Below, one piece after another: positions 26,586 to 41,210 of a stretch of DNA of 64,000 nt. This DNA is from Octopus vulgaris. Taxonomy: Eukaryota. Position numbers and translations under genes: made by a program. Below the pieces are notes generated by a model. That model made no database searches and was not told where the DNA came from. It saw only the letters and a program-made list of their open reading frames with translations. Numbering within the stretch: the first letter of the stretch is position 1; every line of letters starts with the position of its first letter. The stretch covers positions 28,148,001 to 28,212,000 of the forward strand of contig OX597826.1 of the NCBI GenBank assembly GCA_951406725.2, written 5' to 3'.

Positions 26586-26633
<48 letters not shown>

Positions 26634-26789
26634 TGCTGTATATGCTTGTGTACGTGAGTGAGCAGGAGAAAATATAATAGAGGACAAAATTTGGCGCATA
26701 ATATACACACATATATGCGTGTGTATGTATGTGTGTATATGTGTATGTATACGTGTAAGTAAGTACATATATATATTAATAAAAAAAAT

Positions 26790-27155
26790 CGGCTCCGTCG
26801 GTCACGTATGACCGTGGGTACGCCTAAGAGGTTCCCTCTCCAGAGCATAAGTCTGGGCGGCAAGTTGCCTCATCGACGAACACAGAACCTAGGGTTGTTT
26901 TCATGGAAGACCAGCAGTCACCCATGCATACCGGCCTCCCCTCCCCACGCCACTGATGTTATCCAAAGGAAAGGCAAAGGCCGATACAGCTTGACACCAG
27001 TGACGTCACAATTCATTTCTTCAGCTGAGTGAAATGGAGCAACGCGAAATAAAGTGTCTTGCTTCAAGAATTCAACACGCAGCCCGGTCCGGTAAACGAA
27101 CTCACAACCTCATGATCGTAAACTCGACGCTCTAACCACTGACCCATGCGCCTTC
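26790..27155 (-). mobile_element. tRNA-derived SINE family C
   Basis: Head GGCGCATGGGTCAGTGGTTAGAGCGTCG, core CAAGACACTTTATTTC. Relatives at 6925-7150, 31380-31570(-), 34650-34910, 40130-40545(-), 48765-49050 and 57655-57830(-). Confidence 0.75.
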
Positions 27156-27217
27156 ACACACACATACATACATATGAATGTAGGTGTGTATATAGGTGTG
27201 TGTGTATATATATATAT

Positions 27218-27390
27218 AGGGTATGCGAGGTATTGGTGTCGAGAAGACCCAAAGGTGCCAGATAATGCTGAGTAAGTCCTGATGAAGGGATATATAGAAT
27301 ATCTCGAAAACAGGTGTAATACCTCTTTATAACTGCTCTGCAAACTATTCACAGGGCTGGATTTTTTAAATCTTATTCTGTTAATTTATA
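27218..27390 (+). mobile_element. Diverged copy of the 55.7-kb hammerhead family
   Basis: CTGATGAAGGGATAT...ATATCTCGAAAACAGGTGTA at about 27279-27318; the 3' end TTATTCTGTTAATTTATA matches about 55920-55938. Confidence 0.6.
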
Positions 27391-27391
27391 T

Positions 27392-27431
<40 letters not shown>

Positions 27432-27549
27432 TTATATTTCGGAATGGTCATATTGCCAGTTTAGCCAATAAAAACACACGCACTATATATTTGGTGTTAT
27501 TTTGCTTCAGTGTTATTTATTTTTTACATTAATCTTAATCTTATTTCGG

Positions 27550-27589
27550 CCAGAGTTCTTTCGTCACACTCCTGTGACCACATCAGTGG
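27550..27589 (-). ncRNA. Minimal hammerhead variant (within repeat at about 27430-27860)
   Basis: CCA-CTGATGTG-GTCAC AGGAGT GTGAC-GAAA-GAAC-TC-TGG; A9 replaced. Confidence 0.55.
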
Positions 27590-27878
27590 TCCTTTGTTTT
27601 CTTCTTTCTTATTTGTGTCTCTCCTTACTAACCGTCAGCCATTTTGTATTTCTATTGTATGTTTTCATTTGCGCATGCTTATATCTCTATGTGCGTCTAT
27701 GTTTATTTAGTGTGTGTATGTGGGGGGATGCCTGTAATATTTGTATCTTCTGTTTATATACGTTCATGTAATTTGTAATTTGTATTTTGTTTTTGTTGTT
27801 GTTGTTGTTTTTGTTTATTCTTATTTTGTTCATGTGTTTACATCCACTTATTATTATCATTACATATAGATAGATAAG

Positions 27879-27926
<48 letters not shown>

Positions 27927-28755
27927 GAGAGAGATGTATGTACATACATATATATATGCTCAAAAATGCATATGTGTGTATGCACATATGTGTACGAGTG
28001 TATATCTTTGTTTGAGTCTCTGCGGATCTTGTAGGTTTACGTATGCCATTAGACTCTTGTATAAGTTAGAATTGTTGATCTCAGATCCCTCTGATATCCC
28101 GAACGAAGAGACCATTTCAGCTATAGACACAATGCCATCGAATAACAACTTTTTTTTCAACCATTTATATTTGACACATTCTCTTTATGGCTACCTAATT
28201 AATTAACCACTGAATATAATTAAAAGGCAATCAGTTCTGCTTTTTCATCCTCAATAATTTAGCATAATTTTTAAAGGAATAATTTATGCCTAATTCATAA
28301 TGGTATAATTTATTCAACTTCCAGTCAATACGAGGTTCGATATAACCAACCGTTTCTCTGCAAATTTTTTTCCCTTGATATCAAATTCCAGCCTAATGAA
28401 TACTAGAACTCATGACAAACGTCGTAGTATTATTTCTCTTTGCTACTCTCTGTTTTATTGTTTTTTCTTTTATTTTATTTTTTTTCAGTTTTTTTTTTCT
28501 TTTAATTTACGTATCTAGATATTTTAATTATCTAGATTAGAATTGAAGATATAGGAGCATGTCCTTTCTTCCATAAGCAAAAGGCCTGACCTTTTGTCGA
28601 TTGCATCGACTACAATGGTCAAATGGTACCTATTTTCATGGATCCCGAAAAGATGTAAGACAAAGTCGACCAGGGCGGAATTTGAACTCAGAACGTAATG
28701 AGTTGCTATCGATTCTGCCAGCTCACCACCTTAATGATGAAGGAAAATATATAAG

Positions 28756-28936
28756 CGCAGGAGTGACTGTGTGGTAAGTAGCTTGCTTACAAACCACATG
28801 GTTCTGGGTTCAGTCCCACTGCTTGGCACCTTGTGCAAGTGTCCTCTACTATAGCTTCGGGCCGACGAAAGCCTTGTGAATGGATTTGGTAAGCGGAAAC
28901 TGAAAGAAGCCCATCGTATATATGTATATATATATA

Positions 28937-28967
<31 letters not shown>

Positions 28968-28982
28968 GTATGTGTGTGTGTA

Positions 28983-29031
<49 letters not shown>

Positions 29032-29232
29032 GTGTGTGTGTGTTTGTCCCCCAGCATCGCTTGACAACCGATGCTAGTGTGTTTACCTCCCCGTAACTTA
29101 GCAGTCTGTCAAAAGAAACCGATAAGAGAAGAACTAGGCTTTATAAAGATTAAGTCCTGGGGTCGATTTCTTCGACTAAAAGCGGTGCTCCAGCATGGCC
29201 GCAGTCAAATGACCTAATCAAGTAAAAGAGAG
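28756..29232 (+). mobile_element. tRNA-derived CORE-type SINE (family A, octopus OR2-like), full length with internal (TG)n
   Basis: A/B-box head, CORE-like ACCTTG(T/G)GCAAGTG, tail CCAGCATGGCCGCAGTCAAATGAC. Further pieces at about 1880-2097, 7325-7487(-), 18270-18490, 38695-38855, 39700-39880, 41235-41390(-), 52750-52925(-), 53418-53612, 57408-57570 and 63395-63590(-). Confidence 0.85.
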
Positions 29233-29590
29233 TATAAAGAGTAAAGCTGGATTCTAGTTATGAATTGAAACACAGTCACAATTTTGACTTGCCAGAGCCA
29301 AGCATACTGCCTCTCACCCTCTCTCTATCTCTATCTATCTATCTAGCTATCTTTCCCTCTCTCTCTCTCTTTCTCCCTCTCTCTCTCACTCACTCTCTCT
29401 CTCCCTCTTCCTCACTCTATCACACTCATATCCTTTGGTGCTAATTAATCCTAGATAAGGATGTACATAGACATCTCTTGCTCTAAAATAATATTGCTCG
29501 TTAAACCCTTGAGAGGAAACATTGGCTGTCTTTCGGCTTTGTATCTCTTTGAGCATCGATGCAACGAGAAACCCCCTTGCGCTCTATCTT

Positions 29591-29626
<36 letters not shown>

Positions 29627-29932
29627 TATCTGTTTATAGCTATCAATCTTACTTTCGCTTAAGCATAGCGGTAACTAATAACCAGTTCTTAGAACTGAAT
29701 ATACTCATACCTTAGAATAGATAAAGAGTCAGAAGAGCACAGAAAATAATATTAATTAACGATTGACAAAAGAATTGTAGCTAATCACATTCATTAGCTT
29801 ACAGTTGTTTCTGCTAATAAATGCACACAGAGGTAAGTGCTTGTGCAAAGACGGACTACGTAACTCCTTTTCATTTGTCACTCATTCACACACACACACA
29901 CACACACATACACACACACAAACATTATATAT

Positions 29933-30345
29933 AGGCGCAGGAGTGGCTGTGTGGTAAGAAGTTTGCTTACCAACCACATGGTTCCGGGCTCAGTCCCACT
30001 ACGTGACACCTTGGGCAAGTGTCTTCTACTATACCCTCGGGCCGACCAAAGCCTTGTGAGTGGATCTGGTAGATGGAAACTGAAAGAATCCCATCATATA
30101 TATATATATGTGGGGGGGGGTATGTATGTATTTGTGTGTGTGTGTTTGTCCTCCCCACCACCACCATCGCTTGACAACCGGTGTGTTTACGTCCACGTAA
30201 TTAGCAGTTCGGCAAAAGAGACCGATAGAATAAGTACTAGGCTTACGAAGAATAAGACCTGGGTATCGATTACTTTGACTAAAAAACTTTTAAGGCGGTG
30301 CCCCAGCATGGCTGCAATCAAATGATTGAAACAAGTAAAAGTATG
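29933..30345 (+). mobile_element. SINE family A copy (extra tail at 30503-30592)
   Basis: Homologous to 28756-29232. Confidence 0.85.
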
Positions 30346-30350
30346 AAAGA

Positions 30351-30401
<51 letters not shown>

Positions 30402-31237
30402 CCCGCGCGTGTTTGTGTGTGTGTCGGTAGGTGGGTGGGTAGGTGGGTGGGTAGGTAGGTAGGTTGGTAGGTATCTATATCTGTCAATATCTTATATAAA
30501 TTCTGGGGATTGATTTTCTTGACTAAAAACCCTTTAAGGCGGTGCTCCAGCATGGCCGCAGTCAAATGACTGAAAGAAGTAAAAGAATAAAAGACTATAT
30601 CTGCATGTTCCTTCTATGATATTACATACTCCAACGCGCACACACACACATCTATATATGCTTATCTATGTTAATATATAAATAAACGGAAGTGTATATT
30701 CGTATGTGAGCTAAGAAACATGTTTAGCAAACAACTTGCACATGCAAGTGCTACCAGCCGAGAGCTCCACATACCGGAAGTCAGCAAGTGTATGGTGTCG
30801 TCAGGAGAGAATGCCCGCCATTTCGGGGCCTGTCTCGCGACGGCATCAATGCACCCCTCCGCCCGCCACCTCACTGATAGATCGACTGGTTGTCAAGTAA
30901 AGCTCAAGATTCTAGTAGTAATCGCTCATCGTCTCTTTTTAACCATATCCAGTGGCTAGCCTTTTCCACTGTAGTTTGGATATCGGTCATGGTGGCCGCA
31001 GTCAAACGACTAAAACAAATAAAAGGGTAAAAGAGTAAAATATACTCACAGCTGGATCACATTTATATCGTAGTTATACTTTAATATGAATATGGAAAGC
31101 TCTGTGGCTAACAGCTGTTACTAATGTGCAGAAACAATTGCTGTGATTTGTGATTAAATCTTGTTCATTCCGTCTTCTTGGTTTAAAAATTTGGAGAGTT
31201 GTATGTGTGGGGGTGTTGTGTGAGTGTGTGTGTGTGT

Positions 31238-31294
<57 letters not shown>

Positions 31295-31950
31295 ATGAGG
31301 GTTCTGCAAATTTTTGGCGAAAGACCTGCACAAACGATTCGTTTGTACTGGTGAAATGTTCGTGCCGCACATTAGACTAATCCCTCCGTCAAATCGACGT
31401 TGTCTGAACAGGTTCACGGTGTGCCACGCGCTCAGGGGTCGAAGTGATCGTAGAGTGACATGAGATGGAGAGTCTTGCTCAAGAACACGGCGCACCACTT
31501 AATCCGGGAACTGAAACCACGAACTTGCAATCGCGAGTGGAAGATCTTAACCATTAAGTTACGCACTTTTACACACATAGACACGCACACACGTGCACGC
31601 ATGCAACACCTATAAACACACACATGCACATACCCATGTACACATACACACACCTACACGAATACACATACAAACACCAACGTGAGAAAGCAAGCCGATG
31701 CAGTATTGGTCATGAGTATACCCAAACTCCAGGTATATTATCTCCCTTAGGAAATGTCACCCCCGATACCTTTATTACCACAATCTCCACCAGCTTACCA
31801 TGACACCGCCTAGTTGTACCCTGTACATCGTAACACCTACTTTCACCTACTTCAAGTAATAATAATAATAAATAATAATAATAATAATAATAATAATAGT
31901 AATAATAATAATGATGATAATAATAGTAATAATAATAATAATAATAATAA

Positions 31951-32359
31951 TGACAGAGAATAGGAAGCCAGACATAGTCTTAATTCAGAAACAAAGCAAA
32001 CTATGCTGAATCATAGATACAGCATGCCCAGCCGACAATAAGTTATGCGATAAGGAAGAAAGAAAAGTCGATATATATGACAGGTTAGCTTGAGAAGTTA
32101 AGCAGTTGTGGTCGATGAAAAAGGTAGCAGTAGTACCAATAATTGTCGGAGCCCTGGAAACAGTGAACAAAAATCTCGAGAAGTACGTGGTACAAATAGG
32201 GGCTGCAATAAGGGTGGAGCACTTGCAGAAAACAGCACTGCTTGGAACTGCTTCAATACTCCGGAAGGTGCTCGAAAAATAAGAGGTGTTACCTTAGTTT
32301 ACTGGTAGTGAACAGCTGACACTGTAGCACGTCTCCAGCGTTAGAAGCTATTCAAAGGC

Positions 32360-32360
<1 letters not shown>
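31951..32360 (+). mobile_element. R4/Dong-like LINE 3' fragment (RLE domain) in (TAA)n
   Basis: NRKPDIVLI...IIDTACPAD...KEERKVDIYDRL...LWSMKKVAVVPIIVGAL...QKTALLGTASILRKVLEK*. (TAA)n on both sides, the known Dong target. Confidence 0.88.
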
Positions 32361-32410
<50 letters not shown>

Positions 32411-33270
32411 CCTTTTTACTATAGGCACAAGGCCTGAACTTAGTGGGGAGGTGTTAAGTCGATTACATCGACCCCAGTGCTTCACTGGTACTTAATTTAT
32501 CGACCCCAAAAGGATGAAAGACAAAACCGAACTCGGCGGAATTTGAACTCAGAACGTATCGGCAGACGAAATACCGCTAAAGCATTCGTTGAGGAATTCT
32601 TTGGAGTTTGAATAATTGACCTCTGGAAACATAGATGTTACGTTCAACATCCTTAAACAACTCTTATTCAAAGACCATTTGAGCGGGATGGGCTACTCGA
32701 CCTGAAGAAAAATTCTAACTGGGCCCCACCAGCAAGGTCAGCGTTGTTTACCTTGATATGAGATCACCGTGTCGCGCACATATGGTTGTGATGCACGCGC
32801 CTGGTGTACCCTTATCAGACGGGTAGTCATGACGGGTATACTGGGCTTCGTATATTTTACCCCAGTATTACTTTGATGGTATACGCTGCTCTCTCACTCA
32901 ATATTAATAATAATAGTACCACAACTACTACCACCACCACCAACATCAACACTACTACTACTACTAGTACTACTACTACAAAATATTCAGCTGATTATGT
33001 CATCAGCACTGAGTACAAAAGACAGGTTGCGCATATATTTTTCGCTAGTGGGGGGATGCTTCCTGTTGATGCGTGTTTATTTAATGTTGCCTCTGTCATG
33101 TGGCGTTGTGTATGATGTAATGTTGTGTGGTGCAGTCTAGTGTGGCTTATAAGGCTTATGTTTGTGTCTGGTAGTGAGGATGTGTTACACTGAAACGTGT
33201 AGTATATGATGTAGCGTAGTGTGGTGTGCTGTGCTGTAGCATGTGCTGTGGTATGACTTACACAGCTATA

Positions 33271-33505
33271 GGGCGGCGAGCTGGCAGAATCGTTAGCACG
33301 CCGGGCGGAATGCGTAGCCGTATTTCATCTTACGTTACGTTCTGAGTTCAAATTCCGCCGAGGTCGACTTTGCCTTTCATCCTTTCGGGGGTCGATAAAT
33401 TAAGTACCAGTTACGCACTGGAGTCGATATAATCGACTTAATCCATTTGTCTGTCCTTGTTTGTCCTCTCTGTGTTTAGCCCCTTGTGGGTAGTAAAGAA
33501 ATAAG
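33271..33505 (+). mobile_element. tRNA-derived SINE family B with a Nin/Deu-like central domain
   Basis: GGCGGCGAGCTGGCAGAATCGTTAGC head, B box GAGTTCAAATTCC, and GCCTTTCATCCTTTCGGGGGTCGATAAATTAAGTACCAG. Other copies at 28560-28732(-), 32410-32585(-), 43490-43965(-), 50770-51150, 52470-52670 and 55130-55485(-). Confidence 0.85.
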
Positions 33506-33908
33506 GATGACTTACACAGCTCCCCTCTGTAGAATGTAGTGTTTGTCTATGATGTGGTAATGCAGTTTGTTTTACAATCATACAATTTCCTGCTCGACCC
33601 CATTCTTGAAAAATAGCCCTTTACGTTATCCTCAGACTGAGCCAAACTGTGTGAGCGCCGGAGGAGAGCATGTGAACCAGTTCTGACCAATGTTTTTCTA
33701 TGGTTTAGTGTTAATAACTAAATACCACATTGATTTTCCCGGCGGCCTACAATGCTGCTAATGCAGTTTTAACTGTATAAAAACCCGTAGAACGAATTGC
33801 AGGTCTAATTTTAAAGGACCAGGATGGGTATAAACATAAAGGGCCGGGCCGGGTATAAATAGTGTCACGCTGCTTCTAACTGAAATTTTATAAAAAGATA
33901 CAGTGAAC

Positions 33909-33972
<64 letters not shown>

Positions 33973-34364
33973 ATGTATATATATATGTATATATTATATG
34001 TAGAAAAATACAAACTGGGACAAGAACGTAAAACATTTAGAAGACGATACAAAAATCACGGACGGGACATTCGAACCCTTCAATCTTCAGTCAAGAACCA
34101 GATCATCCTAGCAATTTCGGCTGATTAATCTTGAGATCGCTCCGATCTGGCCAGTCCCAAGGAAAAACTAAGCTACGAGCATTAGATTTCTTGGAAAAAG
34201 GATCGAATGTATACGAAACAAGGACAGAAAAACGGACGATGCCACACGAATATAAAATACAAAAAACAATAAAGTAAAAACAGGACAAAAACAGCGGGTG
34301 TCTTACGACTAACAGACAGTACAACTTAGTTTAGCTGGCGTATTTGGAAAAAAATGCCTATATA

Positions 34365-34600
34365 CCAGAGTAAGCACATAAATATGAAACAAGGTGGAAA
34401 AAAGAGTACTCAAATACCAGGGGTAGAGTAATATGCTTTATTTAAAAGCAGCAGAAATATAACAAAAGGTGTTATTCAGAGTTTCACGTTCCCGCTATTG
34501 GATAGTTTGTATTTTTTATAACAAAACTGTCCGGCGAACGGGAACGTGAAACTCTGAGTAACATCTTTTGTAATATTTCTGCTGCTTTTAAATAAAGCAC
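34365..34600. mobile_element. PLE-like palindromic element with two divergent, degenerate minimal hammerheads
   Basis: Inverted arms. The plus arm reads CTGT-CCGGCGA-ACG GGAA CGT-GAAA-CTCTGAG-TA-ACA (34527-34563). Confidence 0.7.
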
Positions 34601-34608
34601 ATATATAA

Positions 34609-34652
<44 letters not shown>

Positions 34653-34908
34653 GCACTCACGATTGCGAGATCGTAGGTTCGATTCCTAGACTGGGCGTTG
34701 CGTTGTGTTCTTGAGCAAAGGACATCATCATTTCTTCACCTGACATGTGGCATCCGTTGCACCTGTACAGGTAATATTTATTCGATGGAGTGGGTGTGAA
34801 CTTATGTCTACTCTAACATTTTGATTGCTATAAACAACAAATCATGTGTGTGGTTGTTCAGTAAGAAATTATCGAACCCTCATACGTCGTCTAACAACGA
34901 GAGAATGA

Positions 34909-34949
<41 letters not shown>

Positions 34950-35116
34950 GATTTATTTAATGTGGTTTTAGAGTCAGATTTTGGCTGCTATTTCCAGCGA
35001 GGCGGTTTCTCGTAGATACCCTAAATTATAATTATATATATATCGTGTGGAATTTAGAGCAATCTAAGCGAGCAAGACGCATTGTTTGGACACTATATAT
35101 AACTGTATGGGTCATG

Positions 35117-35345
35117 GCGGCGAGCTGGCAGAAACGTTAGCACGCCGGGCTAACTGCGTAGCAGTATTTCGTCTGTCGTTACGTTCCGAGTTCAAATTCC
35201 GCCGAGGTCGACTTTGCCTTTCATCCTTTCGGGGTCGATAAATTAAGTACCAGTTACGCACTGGGGTCGATGTAATCGACTTAATCCGTTTGTCTGTCCT
35301 TGTTTGTCCCCTCTGTGTTTAGCCCCTTGTGGGTAGTAAAGAAAT
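35117..35345 (+). mobile_element. SINE family B copy
   Basis: Near-identical to 33271-33505. Confidence 0.85.
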
Positions 35346-36982
35346 ATATATATATATAACTGTATACATTCTTCACCAGGTCGTTTAATGTAGTGGTTGA
35401 TAGCAAGGTATGTACAAACCTTTTGCTGAGGAAATCAGTTATATATTCCTGTCTCTCTGTCATTGAGGAACGTCGTCATGTTTGAATCCATTTCGTGTTG
35501 AGAAATGTCAAGTTTATTGTGACAACATGACTTTCAGATAATACGAATTCTATTTTTTATCTTTTTTTTTTTTTGTAGATATTTAACATCATTACTGGAA
35601 AAAAAAACCATAAAATTTAATTTCGCAGTTAAAAGGTTAATGTACGGTATTTACCAATGTCAGAGCGATATAGGAAAGGAAAACAAGGTATTTATACACT
35701 GTATATGTATCTACAGCAATGGGGTGGGAAACATTTTAGTGCGGCGGGTAAATTTTTCTAGAGAAAAAGGTCCACAAGGGATCACAAGTACTAACTTTTA
35801 TATCTGTGTAAATCTTGTATATATCTATGTATACTTCGATATCCAATAATAAAGATAAGTTTAACACATTAAATTAACCTGTAACGTCTTCATTCATGCT
35901 GCCACTGAATTTAAGACGTTCATATTATGAGGTTTGTATATTTTTCAGTTAGAGTGTAGTTGGGTCTCAAGGGGAGTGGTACTAACACAGAAATATGTGT
36001 TTTATAATGAAAACAAGATTTCCATTCAAATGGCAATGACCGGACGATTTTCTGTTCTAGTCTAACCATTTTAAATCGTAGTGGAAACGCGACCTATATG
36101 GCAAATAGGCATACGAATATTGTATAAATTTTATAGGATCTTTTCCTTTTGAACGGCAGTTTTCAACAGAATTTCTAGTAAACTAAACACTTTTAAACTT
36201 CGTATACTGGTAGAATGTGTCAAAATAAAACATTTTTTTCTCTTGAGAAAATTGTAATTTGTAAGTTTAACGTAGTTTAATTTTTCGAATTTTAACCAAT
36301 CGATGGCCTCTATTTAGCTAAAATCATAATACATAATACATATACACACACATACATACTTACATATATGTATGTATACATATATGCATATATACATACA
36401 TATATACACACACCTACATACATACATACATACATACATACATACACACACATACATACACACACGCATACATACATATATATATATACATACATACATA
36501 CATACATACATACATACATACATACATACATACATACATCAACCATCACATGAGGACCATATTGAAAACCAGGGTCCAATACTCAATATTGTTTCCGTTT
36601 TAAGAAGAGACAACACGATTCTTCTGATGGTTGTCGTCGCCGCCGCCACCGCCACCGCCGCCGCCGTCGTCATCGTCGTCGTTGTTATTGTTGCCTTCAC
36701 AATAAAGGACTTCACTTCATCATAAGACATTCCCTAGGCAGAAGGAATTTCTCTTTTATATATATATTTCTGAGTAATGTATCTCTTGTAAAAATGTCGG
36801 CTTTGTATGTATATTTACACACACACACACACACACACACACCGTTTTACATACATGCATACGGTTTTTTTCGTCTTCTCTTGATACCTTGTTAGCTATT
36901 ACATACACACATACGTACTTTAGTTGCATATACATATATGCATACACACGATCACATACGCATATATATATATACGAGTGTC

Positions 36983-37029
<47 letters not shown>

Positions 37030-37064
37030 GATCACATACGCATATATATATATATGAGTGTGTC

Positions 37065-37111
<47 letters not shown>

Positions 37112-37342
37112 ATGAATGTACATATATATATATATATGTATGTATATATGTATATATGTATATATGTACATATGTGTGTATGAATGTATATGTACATATA
37201 TATATATATATGTATGTATATATGTATATATGTATATATGTACATATGCATGTATGTGTATATGTATATATATATATATATATATACATGCTACACACAC
37301 TTTGTGAAAGTATATTTTCCTAATTATATTACCAGGTGTGTG

Positions 37343-37381
<39 letters not shown>

Positions 37382-37553
37382 TTATACATATATATACATA
37401 TATATATATATACACATATATATATGCATATATATATATACACATATATATATGCATACATATATATATACATGCATATACATGCATGTACATATACATA
37501 ATATATATATATATATATATATACACATATTGACAGATATAATGTATGTTTAA

Positions 37554-37585
<32 letters not shown>

Positions 37586-37618
37586 ATATGTGTGTGTGTG
37601 TATGTTTATGTATGCATG

Positions 37619-37649
<31 letters not shown>

Positions 37650-38168
37650 GCGCACTCACACCTAGAATCGCATGTAGGTATAGCCCAAGCACACAGGGGA
37701 GAGTAGATCCCTTTCATCTCATCATGACAAAGCTATGGACGAGAGGCTCACATTCAGAGCGAGGTTTATCTAATTTCAAAACAGCTCAGCGTGTCTCCGA
37801 GTATCTCAACTCACATGTATCGACCACATTCCAGTTTCACTTGCAAGGCGGCCATTTTGTTTTTTTTTTTGTTATGCTTATGACTTCGACTCTAAATATC
37901 AACCTGTCCCTCTCTGTATGTGTGTGTTTAGTATTTGATTTTTCTGGATATTATGTAATAATGTAGTGCGAGAGTTTGTTGTTGTTTTGTTATTGCTGTT
38001 ACTCTGCGCTTGTTCGTGTGCAAGCGGTTTTACATAAGAAATAATGTACTCAAATTTTCAAGAGGTGGACTTAAGCATGTCCTTGTAGGTAAATTAGCTT
38101 ATATAACTATAAATACATATGTGGGTATATATGCGTGTCTGTGTGCGCTTATACATGTATGTGCGCGT

Positions 38169-38240
<72 letters not shown>

Positions 38241-39589
38241 AGAGAGAAACAGAGAGAAGAGGATGCATATATACACGCAAATATATTTGTATAATATTTG
38301 CATATATATATATGTATATATATGTGTGTGTTTATATGTATTGCTGTGCGAGTGTTTGTGTGTGCATGTATATTAGTGTATAGATGTGTATCGCATATAT
38401 GTATGTGTGTTTGGAAATATGTGAGGGTGTGTGTGTGTGTGTGTGTGTAGTTCCATGTTTGGATAGGTATATAGGTAAGTTTTAAGTAGGTGATCTTCGT
38501 TTGTCGGAGAAACACTATACCGTATTAGAGTCTTATAGAATTTACGAGAAAGAATCGGAACCGATGAACAATTGTGGACTTAGACACTTCTCTCAATATT
38601 TATGAGGGAATTTTTAGCTATTACCAGGCTAAAATGGCTTAATGTATGTTTACATATTATTCATATACTTTTCACATATTTTTCACATATGCTATGGTGT
38701 GGCTGTGTGGTAAGAAGTTTGGTTCTTTATTACATCGTTCCAGTTTCGGTCCCATTGTGTGGCATATTGGACAAGTGTCTTCTCCTCTAGCTCCGGGCCG
38801 AACATAGCCTTGTCAGTGGATTTAGCAGACAGAAATTGAAAGAAGCCTATCGTATATATATATATATAAAATATTTATCCCTATATTATTGCGGCGTTAC
38901 GTGCACCACCACCCCCCGTTTGTTTATCCAATTTTAAACCCTGCACGACTTCTGTATGCTTTCTCTTTCCTATCCACCATTGCTTCTTGACCAAACTATT
39001 TTGGCGCCCTCGTTTCTTCCCCCCTCTTCCTCCCATCCTCCTCAATCCCTTCTTTCTCTTTTTCTCTTGGTCACTGACTGATTCTGTCCCCTGCCTTCCA
39101 CCCTCTTTGATTCCCTCTCTCTCTGTCTCTCTTTCTCTCTCTCCCCTGCAACCTGCTGCTTCTCAACCATTTCGTTGGCGATCGTATCTCGCCAACATGT
39201 GTATGTGTCCCCTCTACCGAAAAGATAATTATTTCTACGCCAGCTGCTATGTTGTTGTTGTTTTTGTCTCATTTGGTCTAAAGTCGTAAGACAACCACCG
39301 TTATATATATTTTGTTTAACCATTACCGTTTTCAATTTCGTTTTCGTCTCTCGTATTTACATCCGTCTCGTGCGTTTACATTCTTGTCTTCTACCAAGAA
39401 ATCTAATGCCTACAGCTTAGTTTTTTTTTCTTGGGGCTGGCCGAGTTGGAGCAAATATCAGAATTGAACAGCCGAAATTTGCGATGATGATTCGGTGTCT
39501 GACTGAAGATTGAAGGCTTCGAATGATTTGTCTGTGTTCCGTGTTTGTCCCTTCCTGTTTTTCACGTTCTTTATATATAAAATATTTAT

Positions 39590-39644
<55 letters not shown>

Positions 39645-41153
39645 GGTAAGAAAGTTGGTATGTATATATATTTCTTTGTGTGAGGGTAGGGTTCTTTGCG
39701 TCTGTGTCTATTTCCCATCACCACTCGACAACCGGTGTTAGTTTGATTACGCCCCATAATCTAGCGGTTCGGCAAAAGTGACCGATAGAATGGGTACGAT
39801 GGTTTTAAGAAATAAGTCCTAGGGTGGGGTCAAATCATTCGACTAAAAATTCTTCAAGTCAGTGCTCCAAGCATGGCACCACCTTGGAGAGTCAAGAGGA
39901 TGTCTGTCTATATCTATTTGCGATAACACTGGCACCTTAAACAATAGAATCAGTGTATACTGTTGTTGTTATTGTTGCTCTTATGGAAGCTCATATTATA
40001 GTGGTTCGGGTATTCGGCTCTCGATCATGATGTCATTAGTTCAGTTTCTGGACCGAGCGGTACCTTGTGTCCATGAGCAAAGTACATCATAATTCCATGT
40101 TAATCCAGTCTAAAGAGTAAAGAATAAAGGCCCCACTTTGGTCATCAATGACCATAGGATTGAACCTAGAAAGTTTTCCTTCGACGCACAAGTCCGGGCA
40201 AGTTTGCCCATGCATACCAGCCTCCCCTTTCCACACCCTTATATTTACATGGGGTAATGGATAAAGAATCCCCTTCGGTCACGAATAACCATGTGATTGC
40301 ACCTAGAAAGTTCCCCTCCAAGGCACAAGTCCAGGCAAGGTAGTTTATGGAAGACCAGCCACCCCTCCCTTCCCCATGCCCCCCCCCCCCCCCTATGCTA
40401 TCCCAGGGAAAGGCACCAGTGACGTCGCGATTTATTTTTACATTTGAGTGAACTGGAACAGTGTGAACAAAGCCCGATCCGAGAATCGAACTTACTACCT
40501 CAAGATTGTGAGCCCGACGCTCTAACCACTCAGTCATTTGCCTTCACTACACCACTCCAGTACTCCACTATACAATCTTGCTCGGAATTGTGCCAAGGAT
40601 GAAGTGGGAGCTTTCTAGATGCAATCCCATGGTCATTCATGACTGAAGCGGGGTCTTTATTCTAGTCGACTCGCCTACAGATAAGTACCAACAGAGTGCG
40701 TGTACAGCTGCCCTCTCCTTCCAGCTAAGACACCCTGGATGCACTACTAGTTCAAAAAGGGTCCGAGGGCCTGGACGGTGTCGAATTTTGATCGCGACTA
40801 CACAGGCACTTGAAAAAATTATCGAAAGCATAATACATGTTACCAAGCGACACCTGTTGGTAGATAACTGCTGATTCTTTTGTGTATATTATCGAATATG
40901 TTAGAAATCGTAAAACAGCTTTAATATATATGTAACTGTTAATCTAGTTGTTCTCAACCGGCGTCTATATAACCCCTGAGAGTCCTTATAAGATTTTGGG
41001 GGTTTCGTGCAAGCAAAATAATAACTTGGGGACCCACAGTATTATTTTACGGGTCTGTGAAAAGTTTTGATTTAAATGTATTTATTGAAAAAAGCTAGGG
41101 TTCTTTCTCAAACGTTTTATCTTACCATTTCTATCAATAACTATATATGTATC

Positions 41154-41210
<57 letters not shown>

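Noticed and set aside
34964-34998. Resemblance of GTTTTAGAG and GCTATTTC(C/T)AGC to the Cas9 sgRNA scaffold
   Set aside because: Short matches in inconsistent orientation; the motif belongs to endogenous repeats.
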